Of a stretch of DNA of 64,000 bases, positions 23,123 to 36,291 are shown piece by piece. Below the pieces are notes generated by a model. It did no database searches. It had not been told where the DNA came from and saw only the letters and a program-made list of their open reading frames with translations. This DNA is from Chiloscyllium plagiosum (lineage: Eukaryota). Each line of letters starts with the position of its first letter. The first letter of the stretch is position 1. Both the position numbers and the translations under genes were made by a program. Where the stretch lies: assembly GCF_004010195.1 (NCBI RefSeq), contig NC_057754.1, positions 1,392,269-1,456,268 of the forward strand. The letters are read 5' to 3'.

Positions 23123-23360
23123 GATGTGGAGGGGCCGGTGGACTAGGGTGGACAAAGTTTAAAAATCACCCAACACCAAGTTCTAGTCCGACAGGTTTAA
23201 TTGGAAGCACCAGTTTTCAGAGCGCTGCTCCTTCATCAGGTAGCTAGTGGGACCGATACCTGATGATGCTGTCCTACAACTACCTGGTGAAGGAGCAGCG
23301 CTCCGAAAGCCAGTGCTTCCAAATAAACCTGTTGGACTATAACCTGGGGTTGTGACCTTT
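23123..23360. mobile_element. Palindromic Penelope-like element (second family) with two hammerhead-like motifs
   Basis: Arms ACAGGTTTAATTGGAAGCAC..GTTTTCAGAGCGCTGCTCCTTCATCAGGTAG and CTACCTGGTGAAGGAGCAGCGCTCCGAAAGCCAGTGCTTCCAAATAAACCTGT are near reverse complements. Confidence 0.72.
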
Positions 23361-24090
23361 TTTTAATGTTGTACTTGAGGACATGTTTGTTCATTTTGTG
23401 GGATGTGGACTCACTGACCTGTCCTGTTTTGTTATATGTCCCAACTGCCTCTTGAATTGAGCAGTGTATCCTGACTGCTTCTTCCGGAGGGCAGTTAGGA
23501 GACAATCGTTCCACTGTTTGGTCTGGAGTCAGGCTGGCAGATAACCCCCCCCCCCTCCAGAACATGAGTGAACCAAGGGGGCTTTATGACAACTGGTGAT
23601 AATGTCAGGGTCACCATGAAGAATGGCGTTTTGTCCTAGGACTACTGACTGAAGTTAAATTCCACTTGGTGGGATCTGAACCCACCCCCACAAGATAATC
23701 AGCCTGGGATTACTAACCCAGTGACAGTCCCTCAAAACTGCCCTCTCCCCTAATTGGTAGATGGGAGGGCTGATTTTGGACACTGTGCTACCCAGTGGCC
23801 ACAAACACTTCCCTACTTCTCTTCCCCTTGATTTCTCCCCTCCCCATTGCTAATAACCTTGTCTCTTAGTGACTGATGTTACCTCACCATTATTTCTGAT
23901 CAGGGACTGCCCAGGAGGTCAAGGTTCACTGTGGGGTTAAAAGTGAGGAGCAGGCTGTGCAGGGACTTGAACACGAGGATGGGAATTTGAAAATCGAGAT
24001 AGCTGGCTAACTGGCCACTGTACGAGTTAGGCTATTGGGGGTGGAGGGCTGATCCAGCCCAGGCAAGGTTCAAACACCGAGCACACGTAC

Positions 24091-24167
24091 CCACGCAAGA
24101 GGAGAACGTATAGAGGTTAGCCACAGGGTCATAGTGAGCGTCCAACCACTTTGCACTGGCTTCACTA
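24091..24167 (-). CDS. BBS1: BBS1 exon 2 equivalent (77 bp)
   Basis: cag|T AGT GAA GCC AGT GCA AAG TGG TTG GAC GCT CAC TAT GAC CCT GTG GCT AAC...GTG G|gtacgt; [25 protein letters not shown]. Exon 1 not seen, possibly in gap 26709-27469. Confidence 0.95.
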
Positions 24168-24559
24168 CTGCAAGGCAAAATAGAGTTTAGATAGAGCTGT
24201 CAGTCTGTGAAGTACGCAACCTCAAAACCGACAGGTAGGGGGGGGAGAGCTAAGGTTGAATCCAGGTGGGTGTGAAGGCCCTTCCCTCTCCCCTTGGTTT
24301 CTGGATCATTTCTCAGCCTATGGGATTTGCTCACTGTCTGGGTTACAGCTAAACCTTCAGTCATGCGAACAGAAGAAGAGCCAGTTCAGCACTTCAAACC
24401 TGTTCCCGCTATTTAATTAGATCATGGCTGATCTTTAGCCCGCGTCCCTTAATACCTTTGCTGAACAAAATGTATTGATCTCAGATCTAAAATTAACAAC
24501 TGATCGAGCACCCATGCAACCTCTCCCCCGACTCACTGCTGCTCTTTGATGAATTACAA

Positions 24560-26560
24560 CTCTGTATTTCTCTTCACTCTGGTGGGGAGGGAAGGTCTGA
24601 GGGACTTGTTTTCATTCGAGAGAAGGTTGAGAGGTGACTTGATTGATCCACCTAAGATAATCAGAGGGTTAGATAGATTGGGCGGTGGGAACCGTTTTCC
24701 TCAGAGGGGAAAACTATACAGGGCCTTGGTGAGGCCACACCTAGAATATTGTGGGGAGTTTTGGTTTCCTTTCGAGGGAGGATGGTCTTACTCTTGAGGG
24801 AGTGCAGTGAGGGTTTCCCAGGCTGGTTCCATGGTTGGTGGGACTGATGTATGAGATTGACTACATTAGAATTGCTTTCGCCAGTGTTCATGCAAGTGAG
24901 GGGGATGATCTCCGAGGCATAAAATTCGAACAGGATAAATGCAGGGAGGGTGTTCCTGATGGTGAGTGCATCCAGAACCAGGGGTTACTGTCTGAGGATT
25001 CCGAGTGGAGTGGTTAAGACTGAGATGGGGCGACACTTCTTCACCCAGAGTGTGAGCCTGTGGAATTCATTACCACAGGAAGTGGTTGAGGCCAAATCAT
25101 TGAATGTGTTCAAGAAATTGCTAGTAGGACATTGGTTAGGCCACTGTTGGAATATTGCGTGCAATTCTGGTCTCCTTCCTATCGGAAAGATGTTGTGAAA
25201 CTTGAAAGGGTCTCGTGCTCGCTCTCTCCACACGCCAGGGTCTTTGGGTTGTCATCCACTCCAGAGCCCCCACATTTATACACTTAATGGTAAGGTCCGA
25301 GGGAGTGTTGCTGAACAAAGAGACCTCGGAGTGCAGGTTCATAGCTCCTTGAAAGTGGAGTCGCAGGTAGATAGGATAGTGAAGAAGGCGTTTGGTATGC
25401 TTTCCTTTATTGGTCAGAGTATTGAGTACAGGAGTTGGGAGGTCATGTTGCGGCTGTACAGGACATTGGTTAGGCCACTGTTGGAATATTGCGTGCAATT
25501 CTGGTCTCCTTCCTATCGGAAAGATGTTGTGAAACTTGAAAGGGTTCAGAAAAGATTTACAAGGATGTTGCCAGGGTTGGAGGATGAGGGGAGAGGGGCA
25601 TGGACGGGTTGGACCGAAGGGTCTGTTCCCATGTTGTACATCTGACTCGATATACCACTTGGAGCGAATGGGATCGAAGGTTGTGGGGAGAAAGCAGGAT
25701 GAGGCTGTTGAGTTGGATGGTCAGCCATGATGGTGACGAATGGCGGAGCAGTATCCAAGGGCTGAATGGCCTCCACCTTCCTGCTGCTGTGTTTGTGCTG
25801 TTCTCTCTTTCGCTCCGATGTTTCATTAAATCCCGACAGAGTTGCGGCTGTGCAAAACTCCGGTGCAACCGCACTTGGGAGTATTGCTTATTGCATTATA
25901 GGAAGGACGTGGAAGCTTTGGAAAGGGTTCAGAGCAGATTTACTAGCATGGTGCCCGGTATGGAGGGATTTTTGATTTCCCGATGAAGGGCTTATGCCCG
26001 AAACGTCGACTCTCCTGCTCCTCTGACGTTTCCTGACCTGCTGTGCTTTTCGAGCACCACACTCCCGACTCTGGTGGGGAGGGAAGGTCTGAGGGACTTG
26101 AGGCTGTTTTCATTCGAGAGAAGGTTGAGAGGTGACTTGATTGATCGACCTAAGATAATCAGAGGGTTAGATAGATTGGGCGGTGAGAACCTTTTTTCCT
26201 CAGATGGCTGAGGGCTAGCATGAGGGGACGCCCTTTAAATTGAGGGGGTGATGGATATAGGACAGACGTCAGGGATAGTTCCTTTCAGTCAAAGTTGTAG
26301 GGACGTGGAACGCCCTGCCTGCAACAGGAGTAGACTCGCCAACTTTAAGGGCATTGGATGAACCTATGGATGAAAACTGAATAGTCCAATGGGTGCAGGA
26401 GGAGGCCATTCAGCCCTTCGAGCCTGCACCGCCATCCAACGTGATCACGTGAATAGTGTAGGTCAGATGGGCTTCAGATTGGTTCCGAAGGTCGGCGCAA
26501 CCTCGAGGGCCGAAGGGCCTGCACTGCGCTGGAATGATCCACGTTCTAGAGTGGGAGCAG
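24560..26560 (+). mobile_element. Cluster of CR1/HER1 LINE 3' fragments
   Basis: ORF 25202..25645 (YTLNGKV...QRDLGVQVHSSLK...LYRTLVRPLLEYCVQFWSP...LERVQKRFTRMLPG) is the CR1 RT C-terminus; multiple broken copies. Confidence 0.9.
25975..26072 (+). mobile_element. Penelope-like fragment with a near-intact hammerhead motif
   Basis: CCGATGAAGGGCTTATGCCCGAAACGTCGACTCTCCTGCTCCT...CCTGACCTGCTGTGCTTTTC; one core substitution (CUGAUGA to CCGAUGA). Confidence 0.7.
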
Positions 26561-28619
26561 CAGGCCATTCGGCCCATCGACTCCCTACTGACCCCCTCCC
26601 CCCTGCTCTAACCAGCATCCCACCCCGAACAACCGAGATGTGCTCTCCCCATGCACCCCGTACAGTCCCAGTAAAGGTCCCCCCCTGAAACAAGGGACAA
26701 CATTCCCANNNNNNNNNNNNNNNNNNNNNNNNNNNNNNNNNNNNNNNNNNNNNNNNNNNNNNNNNNNNNNNNNNNNNNNNNNNNNNNNNNNNNNNNNNNN
26801 NNNNNNNNNNNNNNNNNNNNNNNNNNNNNNNNNNNNNNNNNNNNNNNNNNNNNNNNNNNNNNNNNNNNNNNNNNNNNNNNNNNNNNNNNNNNNNNNNNNN
26901 NNNNNNNNNNNNNNNNNNNNNNNNNNNNNNNNNNNNNNNNNNNNNNNNNNNNNNNNNNNNNNNNNNNNNNNNNNNNNNNNNNNNNNNNNNNNNNNNNNNN
27001 NNNNNNNNNNNNNNNNNNNNNNNNNNNNNNNNNNNNNNNNNNNNNNNNNNNNNNNNNNNNNNNNNNNNNNNNNNNNNNNNNNNNNNNNNNNNNNNNNNNN
27101 NNNNNNNNNNNNNNNNNNNNNNNNNNNNNNNNNNNNNNNNNNNNNNNNNNNNNNNNNNNNNNNNNNNNNNNNNNNNNNNNNNNNNNNNNNNNNNNNNNNN
27201 NNNNNNNNNNNNNNNNNNNNNNNNNNNNNNNNNNNNNNNNNNNNNNNNNNNNNNNNNNNNNNNNNNNNNNNNNNNNNNNNNNNNNNNNNNNNNNNNNNNN
27301 NNNNNNNNNNNNNNNNNNNNNNNNNNNNNNNNNNNNNNNNNNNNNNNNNNNNNNNNNNNNNNNNNNNNNNNNNNNNNNNNNNNNNNNNNNNNNNNNNNNN
27401 NNNNNNNNNNNNNNNNNNNNNNNNNNNNNNNNNNNNNNNNNNNNNNNNNNNNNNNNNNNNNNNNNNNNNTGTCTGCGTGGGTTCCCTCCGGGTGCTCCGG
27501 TTTCCTCCCACAGTCCAAAGATGTGCAGGTTAGGTGAATTGGCCGTGCTAAATTGCCCGTAGTGTTAGGTGAAGGGGTAAATATAGGAGTATGGGTCTGG
27601 GTGGTATACGCTTTGGTGGGTCGGTGTGGACTTGTTGGGCCGAAGGGCCTGTTTCCACACTGTAAAGTAATCTAATCTAATCTAGGCGCGGATCATGAGA
27701 GGCATGGATAGGGTGAATGCACTCAGTCTCTTTCCCAGGGTCGGGGAATAGAGGACTAGAGGGCATCAGTTTAAGGTGAGGGGGGGAAGAATAAAAGGGA
27801 ACCTGCAGAGCAACTTTTTTTTTTAAGAGGGTGGTACGCATTTGGAATAGTGGGTACATTAAGAACGTTTAAAAGGCATTTGGACAAATACATGGATGGG
27901 AAAGGATTAGAAGGATATGGGTGGAGTGCAGGGAAATGTGGTTAGCGTGGACAGACATTTTGGTCGGCATGGACCAGTTTGGGACAAAGGGCTTGTCTCT
28001 GTGCTGTAGGACTCTATAATGTAATCATTGGCAAACATCAGCAACACAGAGGAATGCTTGGCTATCAATGTGAATCTTAAGAGGTTAACAGTAGAACAGC
28101 ACAGAAGGAGACCATTCAGCCAATGTCTGTTGAATAAATTCACCGTCCCTTCCAATTGCACTGACCAGGATGTGCTTTTGGTTACCAATGTCACCAAACC
28201 ATTGGTGCCTAAAATGCCTCACCATCTGCCTTCTGAGCACATGCTGATATTTAGAACATAGAACAGTACCGCACAGAACAGGCCCTTCAGCCCACAATGT
28301 TGTGCCGACCATTGATCCTCATGTATGCACCCTCAATTTCTGTGACCATATGCATGTCCAGTAGTCTCTTAAATGTCCCCAATGACCTTGCTTCCACAAT
28401 TGCTGCTGGCAACGCATTCCATGCTCTCACAACTCTGTGTAAAGAACCCGCCTCTGACATCCCCTCTCTACTTTCCTCCAACCAGCTTAAAACTATGACC
28501 CCTCGTGTTAGCCATTTCTGTCCTGGGAAATAGTCTCTGGCTATCGACTCTATCTATGCCTCTCAATATCTTGTATATTTCTAACCTAAGTACCAGCAAA
28601 TTCCTCAACTTTTTAATTC

Positions 28620-29210
28620 TGAGGGAGGGTCGGCGCTGAGGGAGGGTCGGCACATCAGCACTGAGGGAGTGCGGCGCTGTCTGAGGTGCCATCTTTATGC
28701 TGATTCATTAAACTGAGGGCAGCATGATGGCAGTGGTCAGCACTGCTGCCTCACAGCGCCAGAGACCTGGGTTCAATTCCCGCCTCAGGCGACTGACTGT
28801 GTGGAGTTTGCACATTCTCCCCGTGTCTGCGTGGGTTTCCTCCGGGTGCTCCGGTTTCCTCCCACAGTCCAAAGATGTGCAGGGTCAGGTGAATTGGCCA
28901 TGCTAAATTGCCCGTAGTGTTAGGTAAAGGGGTAAATGTAGGGGAATGGGTGGGTTGCACTTTGGCGGGTCGGTGTGGACTTGTTGGGCTGAAGGGCCTG
29001 TTTCCACACTAAAGTAATCTAATCTAAATCTGAGACCCAGTCTGAATGTGTAAAAGTCCCACAGCTGCTATTGGAAGAGGAGTGGGGTGGGGGTGGTGGA
29101 GTTCAGCCTGGGGTCCTGAGCCCAATATTGACCCCTACACTAACATCACTTAAAAACAGCTGACCTGGGTCACGCCCACATTGCTGTGATAATGGGATCT
29201 TGCTGTTGGA
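28620..29210 (+). mobile_element. DeuSINE remnant split by an HE1 SINE (about 28718-29030)
   Basis: CTGAGGGAGTGCGGCGCTGTCTGAGGTGCCATCTTT...TTAAACTGAG, then HE1, then TGTAAAAGTCCCACAG..CTATTGGAAGAGGAG...CACATTGCTGT...TGGGATCTTGCTGT. Confidence 0.7.
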
Positions 29211-30365
29211 GAAGATCAAAGGTAATGAAAGGGTTAACCTGAGAGTGAGGCTGCAGCTCCGCCCACGGACACTGCCCAGACATTGGCTGGTGTTGTTTGT
29301 GGGTGGGAGCGATAGGAGTTGTTTTGGGCAGTCCTGTGACACTGAGGGGGCAGAGGGGACGTTCGGCCAGGACTCCTGCTGCCCCTTCCTGCCCCATGTT
29401 AGCACTTGCACGTTCAGTTTCATCGTGAGCTGGACCTGGTCACCATGACAATGTCCGATTCCTCATGGTCTCCAGGTCAGGGACCTCCCCAGCAGCCCCC
29501 CTTCCTCGGGGAGGAGGGGAGGGGGGGTCACCATCCCTCACTGAACACTCCCTCGCTGACCCCTCCTCAGGGGGGTCTCCCTCCCTTGCTGACCCCTCCC
29601 GGCCCCTCTCAGTGGACTGGGAGGGTTACTGATTTTGTAATCCACGTTATGGCAGTGATGTGACCACACGGGGAGGAGGGGGGGGGGCGGGTTGAGGGGG
29701 CAGAGCCTCAATGATGGAGAGGGGTTGCACCGACTGGAGTCAGGGGGCAGAGAGGGGAAATTGGACATGATGGGGATGTGGGAATAGGGAAGACAGGAAG
29801 GGTCTCCCATTGATGGAGGGATCAATGCCCAAGGGGAAGGAGGCAGGAGGGTGAGAGGGGAATATGAGGAAATGCTTTTACACCCCCTCCCCCCCCACCC
29901 AGAGAGGAGGGGGTGGGGAATCTGGGACTCACTGCCCATAGACGGTGGGGGAGAGACAGAACATTTGAAGAAGGATTGAGAGGTGCCCGTGTGGTGCCAG
30001 ACTCTGGGCCGAGTGCTGGGCAAATGGGAGGGGAATAGTGAGGGGTCACAGCATGGAGTGGACTGGCTGAAGGGCCTGTCTGCCTGTAGTCCTTGTACAA
30101 CTGTATGACTCTCCGAGGTCAGTTTTTACCTCCTGTAGACTGTCCTCCGCTCCAACAGTGCATGAGTAAGATTGGTCTGTTAGCTGTGTGAGGCACTCTG
30201 CCATCTCCTGGGGCGTTGGAGGGGTGGGTGGGGTTGGGGAAGAGTGAGGGGGATCCCAGAGGGAGGGAGGGCCTGAGGAAGGGATTTCCACACTGAGGTG
30301 GGGGGGGGGGAGGAGGGGAGGAGTTGGGATGGAGAGGTGGAGTCTGGTGGTGGAGATATCCCTCC

Positions 30366-30402
<37 letters not shown>

Positions 30403-32994
30403 TGTCTCTCCCTTTCTCTCAGCAGGACAGAATCCGAGGGGGCAAGAGGGCCGAGTGGCCTCCGTCCATTCCCATCGTTTGGATCCCGAGCTGGTGGAAA
30501 GTGGATGACCGAATGGCTGCCTCCTGCACTGAATCCCTAGGACAGGGTGGAGGGGCAGCGCGGCCTGTCAGAGTGGGGGGGGGGGGGGAACCTGTCAGCT
30601 GATGGGAAGGAGGTGGGAGTTGGGAGCGGTTTTGACTGTCAGTCACAGCCTCTGGGTAAAGAGGGTGGGAGCTGCTCCCTTTTTGTTTGTCCCCCCCCAT
30701 CCCCTCAGACACATTCTCACAGTGAGAAGACAGAGGGAGAGACCATGTCCCATTACCAGCAATGCAGAGCCGCAGGACACAATGGGTTTGAAAGCACGGG
30801 CTGAGAGAGACCAGAGTAGTAACTCTCCTTCACACAGACTGCAGCAGCAGCAGCAGCTCAGGGTATGGCTGTTTTTCCATCTGTGTGTCTGCCTGATCGC
30901 TTCAAGTCAGGAATGAGCGGGTGCATGTTGTTGTTTATAAACCACAGTGCAGGCAGTGCTGGGATCTGTTACACACTCCTCTCTCTCCAATGGTTAAAGG
31001 AATGACATTCCTGCTTCATCTCTCCCTTCTCCCATTTCCCTGCCAGATTTGTTTGTTTTCTTTTTGGAGCAGATGTTGGAGATGAGCAGCTGGATGGGGG
31101 GTGTACCGGGGAAAGGGAGGGGGTTGGAAGAGCTCGTTATTAAAGCGAAGGGCCCGGGGTTGGTGTGAATGACTCGGTTGATCTGTCAGTGTGAGGTTTC
31201 ATCGCTGCTGTCAGGACACTGAGGTTTATAAACGATGGCCATGGCAGAGTCATGTCTGTCTGTGTCTCTCTCTGAGAAAGAGAGAGAGCAAGACGGTGTG
31301 TTTAATCAGCTGAGAAACTGGTTAATTGAACTCTGTGAAATTTGGCCGTGACTACTTTCTTTACTAATTGCGCAGAAACACCCCCCCACCTCCCACAGAC
31401 AGACATAGAGACAGACACTCCCTCTCTCACACAGACACAATCTGTCTCTCTCCCTCTCATACAACATAGACACAGATACTCTCTCTCACAGGTGTACACA
31501 CAGACATAGACACTCTCTCTCAGACATAATCTGTCTGTCTCTGTCACACACATACTCCAACAGACACACTCAGTGTCTCTCTCTCACACACACAATCTCT
31601 CTCACTGTCACACACACACACACACAATCTCTCACACACTGACACACACAGACACAAACATATGGAGTCTCTCTCTCTCTCTCTCATGTACTCAGACTCC
31701 CACACAGACACACAGTGATGTTAACAATGTTCCCTGACCCCCCGCCCCCCCCCCCAGGTAACCTCTGCCTCCTGGAGCAATGGTTGGGGGGGAGGGGTGA
31801 AATAAGTAACGCACAAATAAATCCTTTGAGTACCACAGAGCTTTTATCAAAGTGCAACTGCATAGATAGAGGCCCTTTGGCCCATCATAAGAGTGCTAGC
31901 CCTCAAGTTCCTACCCAGAGGGCTTGTGCACTATAATGATGCTGGGGCTGTTTTCCCTGGAGCGTCGAAGGCCAAGGGGTGACCTTAGAGGTACATAAAA
32001 TCATGAGGCATAGAAAGTGTAAAGAGACAAGGACTCTTCCCCAAGGTAGGGGAGTTCGACTAGGGGGCACCATCCGGAGAAGGTTAATTCATTGATGCCG
32101 GGGATGGAGGGATTGCCTCATGGAGGGGAGGTTGAATAGGTTTGGGGGCCTGTACTCCTCAGAGTTTAGAAGGATGAGAGGTGACCTTATTGACATTGGG
32201 AGGGGGCTTGGACAGGGGGAGGTGTAGAGAGAGAGAAAGAATTTGGCCTAATTCTTGTAAAACCCATCTGGTTCACTCACTGTGGGCAGCAGGGTGGCTC
32301 CATGGTTAGCACTATTGCCTCAGTGCCAGGGACTCAGGTTCGATTCCAGCCTCTGGCAACTGTGTGGAGTTTGCAAGTTCTCCCCATATCTGCGTAGGTT
32401 TCCTCCCACTGTCCAAAGATGTGCAGGTCAGGGTGAATTGGCCATGCTAAATTGCCCATAGTGTTAGGTGCATTAGTCAGAGGGGAATGGGTCTGGGTGG
32501 GTTACTCTTCAGAGGGTCGGTGTGGACTTGTTGGGCTGAAGGGCCTGTTTCCACACTGTAGGGAATCTAACTGCTGCCCTGACCCTGGGGCTGGCCTACT
32601 CCAGACCCACACACCAGAACATGGCTGACTGTGTTCCCAGCTTTCGCGGGTGGGGGGGCAGTCATCGAGAATAAAAGATGGGGGTGGGGGGTGGCTAAAT
32701 CAGTCAAGGATTACCCACCTGAAAAAAAAACCCCAGGTGGTTAAAGGCAGTGAGATGTTATTGAGAAAAATTGAGTACACCAATCAATGGTTGTTTCTTA
32801 AATTTATTCACTGTCAGAATGAGGGCATCAGTGGCTAGGCCCAGCATTTATTACCCATCCCTAAATACCCAGAGGGCAGTGCAGAGTCAACCACATCACT
32901 GTGGGTCTGGAGCCATGAGTAGGCCGAGACCAGGTAAGGATGGCAGTTTCCTTCCCTAAAGGACATTAGTCACCCCGATGGGTTTTTCCAACAG

Positions 32995-34120
32995 TTGAGT
33001 TCTTTTGAGAAAGTAACCAAAATGAGGGCAGAGCAGTAGACATCGTTTTGTAAAGCCTTTAATTCGGTTCCACATGATAAACTAACGAGTAACGTTAGCT
33101 CACATGGGATTCACTTCCCAATTTGACCCAAAATTGGCTTATTGACAGGAGGCAGAGGTTGGTGGTGGAGGGTTGTTTATCGGACTGGAGGCCTGTCACC
33201 ATAGCGATCGGTGCTGGGGCCACTGTTTGTCATTTACATAAATGACTTAAATGAGAATCTAAAAGGGCACGGTCAGAAAGTTTGACATCAAAATTGGTGG
33301 GAGAGTGGACTGAGAGAAAGGTTATCTAAGATCGCAATGAGATTTTGATCAGTTGGGTTAATGGGCTGAGGAGTGGCAGATGGAGTTTAATTTGGATAAA
33401 CGCGAAGTTTTACATTTTTGGTAAAACAAACAGGGACAGGATTGATACAATTAACAGTCAGGCCCTGGGTGGTGGTGTAGAACAGAGGCACCTAGGGGGT
33501 GCAGGTACATAATCCTTTGAAGTTTGCGTCACAGGGGGACGGGGGTTAATGAGGCGTTTAGCACACTGCCTTCATTGCTCAGACTTTTGAGTACAGGGAG
33601 TTGGGGATGTCATGTTGGGGTTGTACAGGACATTGGTGTAGCCTCGTCTGGAACACCGTGTCCAGTTCCGGTCTCCCTGTTACAGGAAGGATATTATTAA
33701 ACTGGAGAGGGATCAGGAGAGATTTACCAGGATGTTACTGGGAATGGAGGGTTTGGGTTATAGGGAGAGGCTGGCAGTTTGTTCATGTGTAGGAGGTTGA
33801 GGGGTGACCTTAGAGGTTTATAAAACCATGAGGGGCATGGATGGTAGGTGTCTGTTCCCTAGGGTGGGGGATTTCAAGACTAGGGGGCACATTTTTAAGG
33901 TGAGTGGAATTTTATTTACCCAGAGGGTGGTCTGTGTGTGGAGTGAACTTCCTGAGGGAGTGGTGGGTGTGGGTACATTTGGATAAGGACCTGGATAGGA
34001 AAGGGTTGGAGGGAGATGGGCCAGGAGCAGGCAGCTGGGGCTAGTTTAGTTTGGGGTTCGGGTCAGCACGGGCTGGTTGGGCCGAATGGTCTGTTTCCAT
34101 GCTGGGCGAGTCTATGATTG
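32995..34120 (+). mobile_element. Degenerate CR1 LINE, end of the RT domain through the 3' tail
   Basis: Frameshifted remnants of KAF..VPH..L, WL..R.QR.VV.G, GSVLGPL.FVIYINDL, WAE.WQMEFNL.K followed by a typical CR1 3' end. Confidence 0.85.
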
Positions 34121-34831
34121 ACAATGGATTCATGGTCAGCATGAGATTCTAATTTCCAGATTTTTACTGGATTGCAACTCCACCACCTGCTGTGTTGGGC
34201 CCAGGGTGTTACCTGGATTAATGGTCTAGCGATAATGTCACCAGCTAGTGTACCTTCCCTTGTGGTGTTTCAGAGAATCACTGTCTTCTGGGACATCACA
34301 GGTTGTAGATGGTGTGACAGTCTGCAGTGAGGAGAATGCAGACAGGCTGATAAAATGGGCACGTGTCAGCGTAACACAGAGCAGGGAGGCAGACAGCCGA
34401 GAGACTGGAGCACGGGTTAGGACCCAGACAGAGGACTCTGTCTGATCCCAGGCCCCCAGAGATTAGCAAGGGAGTCCCATCCCTCTGCAAAGGTGCAGAA
34501 TGAAATATCCTGGAATGACAATGGGTTAGAGGGTCTACAGTGAGTGCAGAGAGACTGGAGACGGTGGGATCATTCCCTATCAGAGCAGGGAAAGATCAGG
34601 GGCAGATTGGATCGAGCCATTCAGACCGAGTTGGCGAGGGAGAGACCATTCCCAGGAGCCGGAGGGTTGGTCACCCGAGGGACACTGGATGGAAGGGAAT
34701 TGGGAACAGGTCTCCAGGGAGGGGGAGATGAGGAGAATGTTCCAACTTTGTAAGATTTTTCTGTACACTGTCCACTTGTGGAAAACAAGATCAGAATTTA
34801 AATAAAATGGGGCAAGTCAGGAAATCAGTGA

Positions 34832-35095
34832 CACTGAGGGAGCTGGATTAACATCAGTAGCGATACAGTCAGTAACGCAGGGCGCTGGAGGGGGAAAGGG
34901 GGTTACAGAGGGACAGTGTGAGGGAGCTGGATTAACATCAGTAGAGATACAGTCAGTAACACAGGGCACTGGGCGGGGAAAGGGGTTACAGAGGGACAGT
35001 GTGAGGGAGCTGGATTAACATCAGTAGAGATACAGTCAGTAACACAGGGCGCTGGGGGGAGAGGGGTTACTGAGTGACAGTGTGAGGGGAGCTGT
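34832..35095. repeat. About 85-bp tandem repeat, about 3 copies
   Basis: GAGGGAGCTGGATTAACATCAGTAGAGATACAGTCAGTAACACAGGGC...GGGGTTACAGAGGGACAGTGT repeated. Confidence 0.88.
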
Positions 35096-36291
35096 GATTG
35101 AGTGCTGGTAGTTGTAGGCAGGAGCTGTGTAAGAGAGACAGTTGTACCTCTTGAGGTGGTGAAATGGTTAAATATAACTGGAGTGAGAGAGAGGCAATGA
35201 ACCAATGTGTCCTGGCAGATGGCAGGATTTCATGGTGTGGGCTTTTGTGTAATGAAGGATTTTGACTCTGTCCCTGGGGAGAAGTGACTACAGTCAGTCA
35301 CCCTGCAGCAGGTAGTATTGGCTATGTTACTGAGAGAGAAATCACGCTGAGTTTGTAAGACCCAGACACCCACAAACCTGGACATCTACGGCTGTTCCTT
35401 CAGTGTCACTGGGACAAAATCCTGGATTTCCCTCCATATCAGTGCCCACTGGACAGGGCTGGTGCAGGCAGGTATTTCACCAGCACCTCCTTGAGGGGCA
35501 ACTAGGGACAGGGTGGAGGCAGGAACAGAAAAGGGGGGGGGCATTTGGCATGCATTTGGATAGCGCCTTTTGTGACCTCAGTCGGTGATATAATGGAGCC
35601 GGTGCAAGAACTCATTTCTACACAGCAAGATCCCAAATGTGAGAGTGATCCAGATCATCTGTTTTTTTGTTGGTTTAGGGATCAATATTGGCCTCAGGAC
35701 CTTGAGGAGAGCTCCACACCCACCCTGCTCCTCTTCCAATAGAGGCCCTGGGATCTAATACACACAACTCCCAGCCCCAAGAGGGCAAAAGGGGATCCTG
35801 ACAGTGCAGCACTCCCTTGGTGCTGACCGCTGGGAGGGGGGTGGTGTTGGGAATGGAGGGAGGGACAGCAGCAGTGGGTCATGGGGACTGGGGGAGCTCT
35901 GTCTGAACCTCCCCACACTGATCCCTTCCCCACCACCCCCCCTCCCAGTGAGAGGTGTTGTGGACCCCTGTATGGGGGGGGGGGGGGGTAAGGTTTGATC
36001 TGTCATTACACGGGCTGATTGATTTACCCTCCAAACCGCTGCCTCAGATACACAGCCCCAGCAGCTAGATGTTGGCAGGCAGATCACTATTCAATCTGGG
36101 CTCTCTGCCTCTGTCTCTCTGCCTCTGTCTCTCTGCCTCTGTCAGGGGTCTCTCCCTCTTTCTCTCTGCCTCTGTCAGGGGTCTCTCCCTCTTTTTCTCT
36201 CTCTCTCTCTCTGCCCCCCCCAGGTTGCCCTCAGTACCATGCTGTTCCTGAGAGCTGACCATGTCTTGCCCTCGTGGTATGTTGTTGTAGG

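Noticed and set aside
20306..24167. BBS1 (and PELI3, FERMT3) as truncated pseudogenes
   Set aside because: Visible exons are intact with correct splice sites and phases; the truncations coincide with assembly gaps.
25202..25645. RT-like ORFs as functional genes (also 8733-9047, 53408-53653, 58695-59291, 60445-60927)
   Set aside because: 5'-truncated, frameshifted LINE ORF2 C-terminal fragments with no complete RT or endonuclease.
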